Shown here: piece by piece, positions 1 through 9,039 of the stretch
How the letters are laid out: the number at the start of each line of letters is the position of its first letter
How positions within the stretch are numbered: position 1 is the first letter of the stretch
Assembly (NCBI GenBank): GCA_964538105.1
Contig: CAZIFP010000001.1
Span: 1 to 57,786, forward strand
Direction of reading: 5' to 3'
Length of the DNA stretch: 57,786 nt
DNA from: an uncultured Bifidobacteriaceae bacterium
GTDB taxonomy: Bacteria; Verrucomicrobiota; Verrucomicrobiia; Limisphaerales; UBA11358
Translations under genes and position numbers: made by a program
Notes under the pieces: generated by a model
Told to the model about the DNA's origin: nothing
Databases searched by the model: none
The model's input: only the letters and a program-made list of their open reading frames with translations

Positions 1-758
1 ACGCCCATGGGGTCGAAGTTCTCGATGGAGCAGATGATGACGCAGTTGTCGGCCTTGTCGCGCATGACTTCCATTTCGTATTCCTTCCAGCCGAGGAGGG
101 ATTCTTCGATGAGGATTTCGTTCACGGGTGAAAGTTCGATGCCGTTCTTGGCGATGGCTTCAAATTCGTCCTGATTGTAACCGATGCCACCGCCGGTGCC
201 GCCGAGCGTGAACGCGGGCCGGATGATGAGCGGGAAACGACCGATGGATTTCGCGACGGCGCGGGCCTCGTCCAGATTGTGCGCTACGCCAGAGATGGGC
301 ACGTCGAGACCGATCTTCAACATCAATTCCTTGAACGCAAATCGGTCTTCGCCCTTGTGAATAGCCTCGGGCTTGGCACCGATCATTTCGACGTCGTGCC
401 GTTCGAGCGCGCCGTTTTTGTGCAGCGCCATTGCGGTGTTGAGCGCGGTTTGTCCGCCGAGCGTCGGGAGCAAAACGAGTTTGCCCTTCGCGCCTAGGCG
501 TTTCATCTCCTCTTTCTCGCGCACGATGATTTTCTCGACGCATTCCGGCGTGATGGGTTCGATGTAGGTGCGGTCGGCAAACTCCGGGTCGGTCATGATG
601 GTGGCCGGATTGGAGTTGATGAGAATGACGCGGTAGCCTTCCTCGCGGAGGGCCTTGCAGGCCTGGGTGCCGGAATAATCGAACTCGCACGCCTGGCCGA
701 TGATGATCGGGCCGGCGCCGATGATGAGGACGCTGTGGATGTCAGTGCGTTTGGGCAT
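1..758 (-). CDS. carB: carbamoyl-phosphate synthase large subunit, N-terminal part (gene continues past the left window edge)
   Basis: My own translation of the minus strand from the ATG at 758..756 gives [68 protein letters not shown]..., the near-invariant CarB N-terminus (ATP-grasp). It is absent from the ORF track because it is open at the window edge. Track ORF 160..690 is an out-of-frame shadow of it. Confidence 0.9.
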   Translation of the reverse strand, partial: MPKRTDIHSVLIIGAGPIIIGQACEFDYSGTQACKALREEGYRVILINSNPATIMTDPEFADRTYIEPITPECVEKIIVREKEEMKRLGAKGKLVLLPTLGGQTALNTAMALHKNGALERHDVEMIGAKPEAIHKGEDRFAFKELMLKIGLDVPISGVAHNLDEARAVAKSIGRFPLIIRPAFTLGGTGGGIGYNQDEFEAIAKNGIELSPVNEILIEESLLGWKEYEMEVMRDKADNCVIICSIENFDPMG

Positions 759-851
759 AATCGAAACGGCAAGATGAAACACGAATCGGACCACGAGTGA
801 AAGAAAATTGCAGGCGGAAAGAGACCGCTTCGCCAACGCCGGCTTCAAACT

Positions 852-1571
852 TTATTGCAACGGCGTCCGCGTGTCCTTGATGAACTGCGTGTGACCGTCG
901 AGAAAGACGCGGCAGCGGCCGCCAGCGTGGATGGTGCGGCCTTTGAGCGCGGGATCAACGGTGGTTGCCCCGGTGGGCGTGTTCGGAAAATAAGGATCCA
1001 CGACGAGTTCGACATCCGTTGGACCGTAAATGGGACCGAGAGTTGCATCGGTCAAGCTTGCCGTTACGAGATCGGACACGGCCTGCGATTGGGACTTGCC
1101 CCAAAAATCCTCCTGTCCCACCGGATCATCCGGACGGTCAAAGCGCCAGGCCCAGTAACGGCACAACGGCGCGTTCGTATCCATGGAGGTTGCCTGAACG
1201 GATTGGATGGCATTACCGACGGGCGATTTCACCGCCGCCGGGCAGGACCAGACGTTGAGGTTAGGACAGTAGTTGAAAAAGTTCGTTGCCGCCCAGCCGG
1301 CGCGCGGGTCAGACGGCGGCCAGGTAGTCCACGGATGGTATCCGCCGGGCAGGCTGGACTTCAAATCGCGCCGGTCGGGGAAATGATCGCTCTGGTCGTT
1401 GAGATACATTACGAAAGCGAGGCCGGTTTGTTTAAGGTTGGAAAGGCAGACGGCCATCTGACCTCTTTGTTTAGCGCGGGCGAGCGCGGGCAGGAGCATC
1501 GCGGCAAGAATGGCAATGATCGCGATGACAACCAGCAGCTCGATCAGAGTGAAGGCGCAGCGCGATTTCAT
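852..1571 (-). CDS. prepilin-type N-terminal cleavage/methylation domain protein, DUF1559 (H-X9-DG) family
   Basis: The N-terminus [30 protein letters not shown] is a classic type IV pilin-like leader plus hydrophobic helix. The C-terminal [13 protein letters not shown] fits the H-X9-DG motif. The family is hugely expanded in Planctomycetota/Verrucomicrobiota. Confidence 0.85.
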   Translation of the reverse strand: MKSRCAFTLIELLVVIAIIAILAAMLLPALARAKQRGQMAVCLSNLKQTGLAFVMYLNDQSDHFPDRRDLKSSLPGGYHPWTTWPPSDPRAGWAATNFFNYCPNLNVWSCPAAVKSPVGNAIQSVQATSMDTNAPLCRYWAWRFDRPDDPVGQEDFWGKSQSQAVSDLVTASLTDATLGPIYGPTDVELVVDPYFPNTPTGATTVDPALKGRTIHAGGRCRVFLDGHTQFIKDTRTPLQ

Positions 1572-1649
1572 CCGGCAATCTCCATTGGAACCAGCGTCAT
1601 CTCAACTAGAAAAGTTTGGACTGATCAAAACTCCCGGCGGAAATCCGGA

Positions 1650-3242
1650 TCAGGCGGCAATTTGTCCAAGCAGGGCCGGGCGGGTTTCCTTATGCGCCGG
1701 CATCTTTTCCGAAACGCTGCTGAGGAAATCAATCTTCACCTTGTCGCCGTCGAACCGGCAGGTCACGGTGTCGTGGTGCGGAGTTTCGTAAAATTGCCAG
1801 GTCATTTGAAATGTGTTTTCGTCCGTCCAGGTGCCGCTGGCGAGAATCTTTGAAACCGGTCCCAGGGCGCCTACTGTCAGTTTCGGCGGAGTGCCGGGCA
1901 TGTCGGTCTTGCCGGCCACCCATTTCTCAACGCCGCAGGTGATGGGATGTTCGCCTTTGGCGTCCTTCAAGGTGAAGGTGCAGGAATTTTCCCGGAACTT
2001 GAACGACACGCTTTGAACCCTGGCGTCGCCATCAGTCCTGAAAGTTTTGCCGGAGATGACGGCTGCGACCGGTGAAGCAGCCTGTGCTTTCGGCGGCAGC
2101 AGGGCCAGGGAAGAAAGCTTTTGTTTCAGCCGGGCTTGGGCAACCGGATCCGGCGGCAGAACATTTGCCTTCAGCGCGGGCAAAAGGTATTGCCAGATCA
2201 AATCAAATTCGCCCGCCATGTTGCCGCTTTCACCGGTGATGCAAATCACCGCGTCCTGGTCAGGCAGGACGAAGGTGTATTGCCCGAACGCCCCGTCGGC
2301 GCGATAGGCATTATGCCGCGAGCGCCAAAACTGGTAGCAATAGCCTTGGAGCCAGTCGTTGGTCTTTTTGGCCTCCTCCAAATTTTGTCCGGCGGCGGCC
2401 GGCTGTTGAATCTTGAACGTCGTCGCCTCTTCAACCCAGCCCGCCGGCAAAATCTGCCGGCCGTTCCAGGCACCTTTCTGCAGATACATCTGCCCGAACT
2501 TGGCGAGCCCTTCGGTCTGGATGGCGAGGCCCCAGCCGCCGGTGTTGATGCCGCGCGGACATGTCTCCCAGGTCATGCCTTTGATCGCCAGCGGCTCGAA
2601 CAAACGCGGTTCAAGATAATCAATGACCTTCTGCCCAGTCAGTTTCTGGACAATTGCCGAAAGCATGTAAGAGGCGCCGCTGTTGTAAAGAAACGCGCTG
2701 CCAGGCGGATTTTTTATGGGCAGGGCCAGAAAAGTCGCCACCCAGTTGTCCGTTTTCGTGATGATTGGCGTTGAATCTTCCTCGTGGCCGACGGACATCG
2801 TGAGCAGATGCTTTACCCGCAACGCCGCGAGATTTTCGCTGATGCTACCGGGCAGGTCGTTCGGAAAAAAGGAAATGACCGGATCCTCCACTTTCAGCTG
2901 GCCCTCGGTCACCGCCAGGCCGACGGCGGTCGAAGTGAAACTTTTGCTGAGCGAATACAGCATGTGATTCAGGTTGGCGGCGTAGGGCGACCACCAGCCT
3001 TCGGCAATGACCTGCCCGTGGCGGATCAGCATGAAGCTGTGGAATTCCTGCCGGCTTTTGCCGACCGCCTCCAAAAAATCCAGAATCTCAATGGATGACA
3101 CCCCCTGGGCTTCGGGCGCGCTGCGGGGGAGATGACGAATGACTGGTTGAGCGGCGAGGCATTCAGAAAAAGAGGAAGCCATGCTCAATCCGGCGGCACC
3201 GAGGCCAAGCTGCTTGAGAAATACCCTGCGGTCAGTGGTCAT
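1650..3242 (-). CDS. Tat-exported serine hydrolase, beta-lactamase-related family
   Basis: The S-x-x-K nucleophile motif is present (YSLSKSF). The twin-arginine signal MTTDRRVFLKQLGLGAAGL matches S/T-R-R-x-F-L-K, so I place the start at the second Met (3242) rather than 3260. Confidence 0.8.
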   Translation of the reverse strand: MTTDRRVFLKQLGLGAAGLSMASSFSECLAAQPVIRHLPRSAPEAQGVSSIEILDFLEAVGKSRQEFHSFMLIRHGQVIAEGWWSPYAANLNHMLYSLSKSFTSTAVGLAVTEGQLKVEDPVISFFPNDLPGSISENLAALRVKHLLTMSVGHEEDSTPIITKTDNWVATFLALPIKNPPGSAFLYNSGASYMLSAIVQKLTGQKVIDYLEPRLFEPLAIKGMTWETCPRGINTGGWGLAIQTEGLAKFGQMYLQKGAWNGRQILPAGWVEEATTFKIQQPAAAGQNLEEAKKTNDWLQGYCYQFWRSRHNAYRADGAFGQYTFVLPDQDAVICITGESGNMAGEFDLIWQYLLPALKANVLPPDPVAQARLKQKLSSLALLPPKAQAASPVAAVISGKTFRTDGDARVQSVSFKFRENSCTFTLKDAKGEHPITCGVEKWVAGKTDMPGTPPKLTVGALGPVSKILASGTWTDENTFQMTWQFYETPHHDTVTCRFDGDKVKIDFLSSVSEKMPAHKETRPALLGQIAA

Positions 3243-3282
3243 GGCATAAAGTAGAACCAATGCGCCTATGCCAAGGCAATAA

Positions 3283-4299
3283 TTAAAGCAGACCCGGCTG
3301 ATTTGCCGCCGCCGGCTTCAGTCCCAGTTTTTTGTAACTTAATTCCGTTGCCACGCGGCCCTGCGAGGTGCGGTTGAGATAACCTTCCATGATGAGATAC
3401 GGCTCATACACTTCCTCAATTGTGTCCGGCTCCTCGCCTACGGCCACGGCGAGCGAATTCACGCCGACCGGCCCGCCGCCGAATTTCACGATGACAGCCT
3501 CGAGTATGCGCTTATCCATTTCGTCAAGGCCGTTCTCGTCAATCTCCAGCATCGCCAGCGCCTTGTCGGCGACGTCTTTTGTGATGCGGCCATCGTGCCG
3601 CACTTGCGCGTAGTCGCGCACGCGGCGGAGCAAATTATTTACAATGCGCGGTGTCCCACGGCTGCGCCGGGCAATTTCGTGCGCGCCTGCGGGATCAATT
3701 TCCACGTTGAGCAAATTCGCCGAGCGCAAAACAATTTTGTCCAGATCAGCGGCGCAATAATAATCCAGCCGCTCACGCATTCCGAAGCGCGTGAGCAGCG
3801 GCGCGGTGAGCAAACCGCTGCGCGTCGTCGCTCCGATGAGCGTGAAGCGTGGCAGATTCAGGCGCACGCTGCGCGCATTCGGCCCCTGGTCAATGATGAT
3901 GTCCAGCTTGAAATCCTCCATCGCGGGATACAGATATTCCTCGATGGTTTTTTGCAGGCGGTGGATTTCGTCAATGAACAGCACGTCGCCTTCCTCAAGA
4001 TTGGTGAGCAAACCGGCGAGGTCGCTGGCTTTTTCAATCGTCGGGCCGCTGGTGGCTTTCACATTCGCGCCCATCGCCTTGGCGAGGATGTTGGCGATGG
4101 TGGTTTTGCCGAGGCCGGGCGGGCCGGAAAGCAGGATGTGGTCGAGCGCTTCGCCGCGTTGTTTTGCCGCCTCAACGGCGATTTCCAAACGTTCTTTCAC
4201 CTTCGGCTGGCCGGTGAAATCGGAAAAGAGCGATGGCCGCAGCGTCATTTCGAGCGCCACGTCGGGTTTGTTCAAATTGGCCACAGGTCGTTCGGACAT
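3283..4299 (-). CDS. ruvB: Holliday junction branch migration DNA helicase RuvB
   Basis: Walker A is [11 protein letters not shown], Walker B is LFIDEIHRL, and sensor and winged-helix regions are typical of RuvB. Start is chosen at MSERPVANL (ATG 4299..4297). The longer track ORF to 4398 adds a non-conserved Arg/Cys-rich leader. Confidence 0.92.
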   Translation of the reverse strand: MSERPVANLNKPDVALEMTLRPSLFSDFTGQPKVKERLEIAVEAAKQRGEALDHILLSGPPGLGKTTIANILAKAMGANVKATSGPTIEKASDLAGLLTNLEEGDVLFIDEIHRLQKTIEEYLYPAMEDFKLDIIIDQGPNARSVRLNLPRFTLIGATTRSGLLTAPLLTRFGMRERLDYYCAADLDKIVLRSANLLNVEIDPAGAHEIARRSRGTPRIVNNLLRRVRDYAQVRHDGRITKDVADKALAMLEIDENGLDEMDKRILEAVIVKFGGGPVGVNSLAVAVGEEPDTIEEVYEPYLIMEGYLNRTSQGRVATELSYKKLGLKPAAANQPGLL

Positions 4300-4415
4300 C
4301 GCCGGAAAGATTGCGGCAGGACGCGCGCAGCGGCAAGCGCGATTCCTGGACTTGGGGCCAGACAACCGGCCAAATTTTTTCTCGCAAAAAATTACCATGC
4401 GTCCAGATTGAACCT

Positions 4416-5567
4416 GTGTCCGTGATTCAGCGCTCCATTCAAGTCGGCTGGCAACTGCGCGTTTTTTTTACCGAAAATGTATTCGCGTCGGAAAACCCGG
4501 TTCTGCGCGACGCGCTCGCGGACACCGGCCCGCGCAAGGCGCTGGTCATCCTGGAAGATTCACTCGCGCAGGCGCTGCCGGAACTGGAACGCCAGATTGA
4601 AAAATATTTTTCCGCGCACGCCGCCGGCCTGAAACTGGTCTGTCCGCCGTTGTTTGTCTGTGGCAGCGAATCCGCCAAAAACTCTCCGACCATCGTCGGT
4701 GAAATCCAGTCGCAGATTGACCGGCACCACATTGACCGGCACGCATATCTCATCGCCATCGGCGGCGGCGCGCTGCTGGATGTCGCGGGCTTCGCCGCCG
4801 CCACGGCACATCGCGGCGTGCGCCACGTCCGCATCCCGACGACCACCTTGTCGCAGGCCGATTCCGGCGTAGGCGTGAAAAACGGGCTGAACGCTTTCGG
4901 CAAAAAAAACTTCATAGGCACGTTTGCGCCGCCGTTCGCCGTCATCAACGATTTCAACCTGCTGGCCACACTGGAGCCGCACGACAAACGGGCCGGCTAT
5001 GTCGAGGCCGTCAAGGTCGCCTGCATCCGCGACGCGGAATTTTTCGCCGAACTGGAACGCGACGCGGAAAAGCTCGCCGCGTTCGAGCCGGACGCGATGA
5101 AACATCTGATCCGCCGCTGCGCCGAGCTGCACCTAGACCACATCGCCACCAGCGGCGACCCGTTCGAAATGGGTTCCGCGCGTCCGCTCGACTTCGGCCA
5201 CTGGTCCGCGCACAAGCTGGAGCAGCTCTCGCGTTTCAATCTTTCCCACGGTGACGCTGTTGCCATCGGCATCGCGCTCGACGTGCTTTACTCGCGCAAC
5301 ATCGGTTTGCTGGCGGAGAAATCCGCCGCGCGGATTTTGAATTTGCTGGAAAGGCTAGGGTTCAAACTTTTCGCTGATGAACTGCTCAACGCGGACAACG
5401 CAGGTTGCCCGGCAATTTTGTCCGGCCTCGAGGAATTCCGCGAACATCTAGGCGGCGACCTGACCATCACGTTGCTTAGGGAAATCGGCCTCGGCGTGGA
5501 AGTGCATGAAATGAGCCCGGCGAAAATCATCGAAGCCATCCAGGAATTGCGCGGAAGGGAAAAATGA
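4416..5567 (+). CDS. 3-dehydroquinate synthase family protein (sugar phosphate cyclase-like)
   Basis: The family signature [42 protein letters not shown] is present, with His-rich metal-site region [10 protein letters not shown]...SHGDAVAIG. The track ORF starts at 4233 but would overlap ruvB. GTG at 4416 or 4422 gives a typical ~383 aa length. The start is uncertain by a few codons. Confidence 0.75.
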   Translation: MSVIQRSIQVGWQLRVFFTENVFASENPVLRDALADTGPRKALVILEDSLAQALPELERQIEKYFSAHAAGLKLVCPPLFVCGSESAKNSPTIVGEIQSQIDRHHIDRHAYLIAIGGGALLDVAGFAAATAHRGVRHVRIPTTTLSQADSGVGVKNGLNAFGKKNFIGTFAPPFAVINDFNLLATLEPHDKRAGYVEAVKVACIRDAEFFAELERDAEKLAAFEPDAMKHLIRRCAELHLDHIATSGDPFEMGSARPLDFGHWSAHKLEQLSRFNLSHGDAVAIGIALDVLYSRNIGLLAEKSAARILNLLERLGFKLFADELLNADNAGCPAILSGLEEFREHLGGDLTITLLREIGLGVEVHEMSPAKIIEAIQELRGREK

Positions 5568-6985
5568 ACCGGCTCGCCGTCATCAACGTCGTCGGCCTCA
5601 CCGAGGCGCTCATCGGCGAACACACGCCGCGCATCGCGGCCTTCCGCCAGCGCGGCGCGCTGGCGCAAATCGCGCCGGCATTTCCGGCGGTGACTTGCAC
5701 CGCGCAGTCGAATTATCTCACCGGCAAAACGCCGTCGGCGCACGGCATCGTCGGCAACGGCTGGTTTAATCGCGAACTTTCAGAAATTCATTTTTGGAAG
5801 CAGTCAAATCACCTGGTTCAAAGCCCGAAATTATGGGACGCGCTCCGCACGCAATCTGAAATCGTAAATCATCAATCATCAATCGCAAATTGCTTCTGGT
5901 GGTTCAACATGCATTCCAGCGTGGATTATGCGATCACGCCGCGCCCGATTTACCGCGCCGACGGCGGAAAAGTTTTTGACGTTTACTCTTGGCCATATTC
6001 CATCCGTGAAGAAATTAAAAAGGATCTGGGCGAATTTCCGTTCTTCGGTTTCTGGGGGCCGGTGGCGGGAATGGATTCACCGCAAGGAAAAGCCGATTGC
6101 GCCTCGCGCTGGATTGCCGAATCCGCGAAGTGGATGGAAAATAAATATTCGCCCGCGCTGAACCTGTTTTACATGCCGCATCTGGATTACAACTTGCAAC
6201 GGCATGGAACTTACGGCGCTTCGGGAAGTCTAAATCCCAAAATCCACCGCGACCTGCGCGAGATTGACGCCATCGTCGGTGACCTGATTGATTTTTTCGG
6301 CCAGCGCGGCGTGCGGGTGGTTTTGCTTTCTGAATCCGGAATCACGAACGTGGACACGCCGGTGCATCTCAACCGGATTTTCCGCGAGCGCGGCTGGCTG
6401 ACGGTGAAGGACGAGCTTGGCCTGGAAATTCTCGACGCCGGCGCGAGCAAGGTTTTCGCCGTCGCCGATCACCAGGTCGCGCACATTTATTTGAACGATG
6501 CCTCGCTGGAAAAATCCGTGCGCGACGTTTTGGAAAAGACACCCGGCGTCGGAGAAGTTCTCGGCGAAGCGGAAAAATCCGCCGCCGGTCTCGCGCATCC
6601 GCGCGCGGGCGATTTGATTGCCGTCGCGCAGGAAAACGCCTGGTTCACCTATTATTACTGGCTCGACGACTCACGCGCGCCGGATTTTGCGCAGACGGTG
6701 GACATCCATCGCAAGCCCGGCTATGACCCGGTGGAATTATTTCTCGATTCGAAGATTCCGCTGCCGAAACTAAAAATCGCCTGGCGGCTGCTGCAAAAAA
6801 AACTCGGCTTCCGGATGCTGATGGATGTGATTCCGCTCGACGCGACGCTGGTGAAAGGCTCGCATGGCCGGCGGCCGGCGGACAAAAAGGACTGGCCGGT
6901 TTTCATAACCGACAGGTCGGGACTTCTGGCTGCAAAGGAGATTGAATCAACGGACGTTTATCACGCCCTGCTCCGGCATTTTTGA
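5564..6985 (+). CDS. alkaline phosphatase superfamily protein, nucleotide pyrophosphatase/phosphodiesterase (NPP)-like
   Basis: The N-terminal VINVVGLT...PAVTCTAQSNYLTGKTPSAHGIVGNGWF has the Thr nucleophile context of type I phosphodiesterase/NPP enzymes. The ATG overlaps the upstream stop (ATGA at 5564-5567). Confidence 0.8.
   Translation: MNRLAVINVVGLTEALIGEHTPRIAAFRQRGALAQIAPAFPAVTCTAQSNYLTGKTPSAHGIVGNGWFNRELSEIHFWKQSNHLVQSPKLWDALRTQSEIVNHQSSIANCFWWFNMHSSVDYAITPRPIYRADGGKVFDVYSWPYSIREEIKKDLGEFPFFGFWGPVAGMDSPQGKADCASRWIAESAKWMENKYSPALNLFYMPHLDYNLQRHGTYGASGSLNPKIHRDLREIDAIVGDLIDFFGQRGVRVVLLSESGITNVDTPVHLNRIFRERGWLTVKDELGLEILDAGASKVFAVADHQVAHIYLNDASLEKSVRDVLEKTPGVGEVLGEAEKSAAGLAHPRAGDLIAVAQENAWFTYYYWLDDSRAPDFAQTVDIHRKPGYDPVELFLDSKIPLPKLKIAWRLLQKKLGFRMLMDVIPLDATLVKGSHGRRPADKKDWPVFITDRSGLLAAKEIESTDVYHALLRHF
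5853..5894. repeat. six tandem heptanucleotide units (AATCNNN) embedded in frame in the NPP-like CDS
   Basis: Read directly: aatctga aatcgta aatcatc aatcatc aatcgca aattgct. This is 42 nt, or 14 codons, encoding QSEIVNHQSSIANC. It is an AT-rich island in a GC-rich gene. Confidence 0.85.
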
Positions 6986-7090
6986 GCTCCGTAGCGAAAT
7001 CATCAGGGAATATGCCGCTCCGACGGAGCTTGGAATGTTTGCCGCAAAATTTCTACAAAGATTTCGCGCCTGACGGCGCTGGGATGATGG
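6984..7090. repeat. REP-like intergenic element with hairpin
   Basis: An 8-bp perfect inverted repeat, agctccgt (6985-6992) / acggagct (7023-7030), is followed by ...ttctacaaagatttcgcgcctgacggcgctg. From memory this sequence style recurs as a dispersed intergenic repeat in PVC genomes. That cannot be verified without the whole genome. Confidence 0.3.
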
Positions 7091-7307
7091 TTCATGGCAA
7101 AACGTGCGCGGGAAACGGTTCCGCCGGATGGATGCGACCTGTTTTGCGTGCGGATGCGGCCCGCCATTTCCCGCTCGACAGGTTCACCGGCCAGACGCAG
7201 TATCGCGCCAGGGTTATGAACGGATCAGGCTGCGAAAACGCCGAATCAGGCCGCGAAGTCCGTGGCCGCGTTGGCAACGAAGATAGAAATTAGGCAGCAG
7301 AGCGCGT

Positions 7308-7700
7308 ATGGATTATTCCGCCACCATCAAATCAGCGCATGACGGCACGATGCTGGAATTTAGTGACCACACAGGCAGTCATTATCGTGTTAGTTTGACT
7401 GGTCCGAATTATCACGGCGATTGCACGGTTTACGCCTACGAACCAGTGCACTTAGGTGCTTTCTTTCGGGATATGGCGAAGCATTGGCAAGGTTGGCAGG
7501 GCAAGAAAGAGTGGTCATCGCTAGAGGGTGAGTTGGCTTTGTCTGCCACCATTGATTCCACTGGACACGTTAGCTTGTCAGTTCGGATTCGCTCCGGGCC
7601 ATATCCTTTTGATTGGACTATATCGACTGTGTTGTTACTGGAGGCTGGTTCATTGGAACATATTGCAGTCTGTATTGAGAAGTTTGTTTGCAGGAAATGA
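7308..7700 (+). CDS. hypothetical protein, possibly DUF6228-like
   Basis: This 130-aa ORF has visibly lower GC than its flanks. The pattern W-QGWQGKKEWSSLEGELALSATIDSTGHVSLSVRIRSGP...LLLEAGSL resembles DUF6228 proteins as I remember them. No other support. Confidence 0.5.
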   Translation: MDYSATIKSAHDGTMLEFSDHTGSHYRVSLTGPNYHGDCTVYAYEPVHLGAFFRDMAKHWQGWQGKKEWSSLEGELALSATIDSTGHVSLSVRIRSGPYPFDWTISTVLLLEAGSLEHIAVCIEKFVCRK

Positions 7701-7786
7701 AACTGCTCCCCAATCCAGCGCCGTCGCCAGCGGTTCTTGCGGACGGCCACCTTACGCCGGTTACTTTCTTCCCTTTCCACTGAAGT

Positions 7787-9028
7787 TTACCGTCTCCGTC
7801 CGCCGGGCGCGAAGTGGTAGCCGCCGTGGACGCGCACGGCGCGGGCTTTGCCGGGGAAACCGCCGGGCTTCGCGCCGGGTTTGCTTTCCTCGAAGAGCGC
7901 GGTGTAGGTGTAGTTGAAATTTTCCAGCTTCACGCGCGGGATCGTCTGGCTGATGAAGCGTTCGATGGCGAAGACGTGCGGGGCGTCCTCGGCGATCATG
8001 ATGGTGAAGGCGTCGCCGCTGTGCTCGGCGCGGCCGGTGCGGCCGATGCGGTGGATGTAATCCTCCGGATGCTGCGGCACGTCGTAGTTGACCACGTGGC
8101 TGACGTCCGCGATGTCCAGCCCGCGCGCCGCGATGTCCGTGGCAACGAGCACCTCGTATTTGCCGTCGCGAAATCCCTGCAACGCCTGTTCGCGCTCCTT
8201 CTGCGTGCGGTTGGAATGCAGCACGGCCACGGCGTGGTTGTTGCGCTTGAGCAGGCCGGCCACGCGGTCCGCGCCGTGCTTTGTCCGGCAAAACACCAGC
8301 ACGGAATTGTAACTCACGCGCTCGAGCAACTGGATCAGCAGGTCGGATTTTTGCGTGTCGGAAACGGGATAGATGACGTGCTTGACCGTCTCGGCGGGCG
8401 TCCGGCGCGCGCCGATCTCGATGGTTTCGGGACTGTGCATCGCCCACTGGATGAGCGTTTCGATCTGCGGCGGCACGGTGGCGGAGAACAGCGAGGTGTG
8501 GCGCTGGCGCGGACATTTTTCCACGATGCGGCGGACGTCCGGCAAGAATCCCATGTCGAGCATCCGGTCGGCCTCGTCGAGCACGAGAAATTCCACCTTG
8601 TCCAGGCGCAACGTGCCCTGTTCCAGATGATCTAGCAGCCGTCCCGGCGTGGCGACGACGACGTCCGCGCCGGCCTTCAATTCATCATTCTGCTTGCCGT
8701 AACCGACGCCGCCGAAGACAACGGTGGTTTTCAAATTGGTGAAGCGCGCGAAATCGTGAAACGCGGTTTCCACCTGCGCGGCAAGTTCGCGCGTCGGTTC
8801 GAGAATGAGGACGCGGCAACCAGCGGAATTGTGCTGGCCCAGTTTGGAAAGGATGGGCAGGCCGAACGCGGCGGTCTTGCCGGTGCCGGTCTGCGCGCTG
8901 CCGATGACATCCTTGCCGGACAACACGAGCGGGATGGCGCGGAGCTGGATGGGCGTCGGCTCGAGGTAGCCCATCGCCTTGACGCCTTTGACGATGTTTT
9001 CGGAAAGTCCGAGTGCGGAAAAACTCAT
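7787..9028 (-). CDS. rhlE: DEAD-box ATP-dependent RNA helicase (RhlE-like)
   Basis: Q-motif region PTPIQ, Walker A AQTGTGKT, DEAD box (VLDEADRM), SAT, and HRIGRTGRA are all present. Confidence 0.92.
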   Translation of the reverse strand: MSFSALGLSENIVKGVKAMGYLEPTPIQLRAIPLVLSGKDVIGSAQTGTGKTAAFGLPILSKLGQHNSAGCRVLILEPTRELAAQVETAFHDFARFTNLKTTVVFGGVGYGKQNDELKAGADVVVATPGRLLDHLEQGTLRLDKVEFLVLDEADRMLDMGFLPDVRRIVEKCPRQRHTSLFSATVPPQIETLIQWAMHSPETIEIGARRTPAETVKHVIYPVSDTQKSDLLIQLLERVSYNSVLVFCRTKHGADRVAGLLKRNNHAVAVLHSNRTQKEREQALQGFRDGKYEVLVATDIAARGLDIADVSHVVNYDVPQHPEDYIHRIGRTGRAEHSGDAFTIMIAEDAPHVFAIERFISQTIPRVKLENFNYTYTALFEESKPGAKPGGFPGKARAVRVHGGYHFAPGGRRR

Positions 9029-9039
9029 GTTTAAGCCTA

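Noticed and set aside
160-690. 176-aa minus-strand track ORF ([15 protein letters not shown]...)
   Set aside because: It is an out-of-frame shadow inside carB. It has Arg/His/Gly-rich, low-complexity composition typical of wrong-frame translation of GC-rich genes. The CarB frame gives a near-invariant sequence.
855-1853. 332-aa plus-strand ORF antisense to the DUF1559 and serine hydrolase genes
   Set aside because: It spans two well-supported genes on the opposite strand plus their spacer. It is Arg/Gly/Val-rich with no motif. It is a GC-rich antisense artefact.
4233-4415. N-terminal 61-63 codons of the track ORF for the DHQS-like gene
   Set aside because: This part would overlap the ruvB 5' end in antisense and has no DHQS-like sequence. 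A GTG at 4416/4422 gives the family-typical length.
6982-7293. 103-aa ORF (MSSVAKSSGNMPLRRSLECLPQNFYKDFAPDGAG...)
   Set aside because: It is encoded by the REP-like element and GC-rich spacer. There is no coding signature or motifs. It is probably a translation of a repeat.
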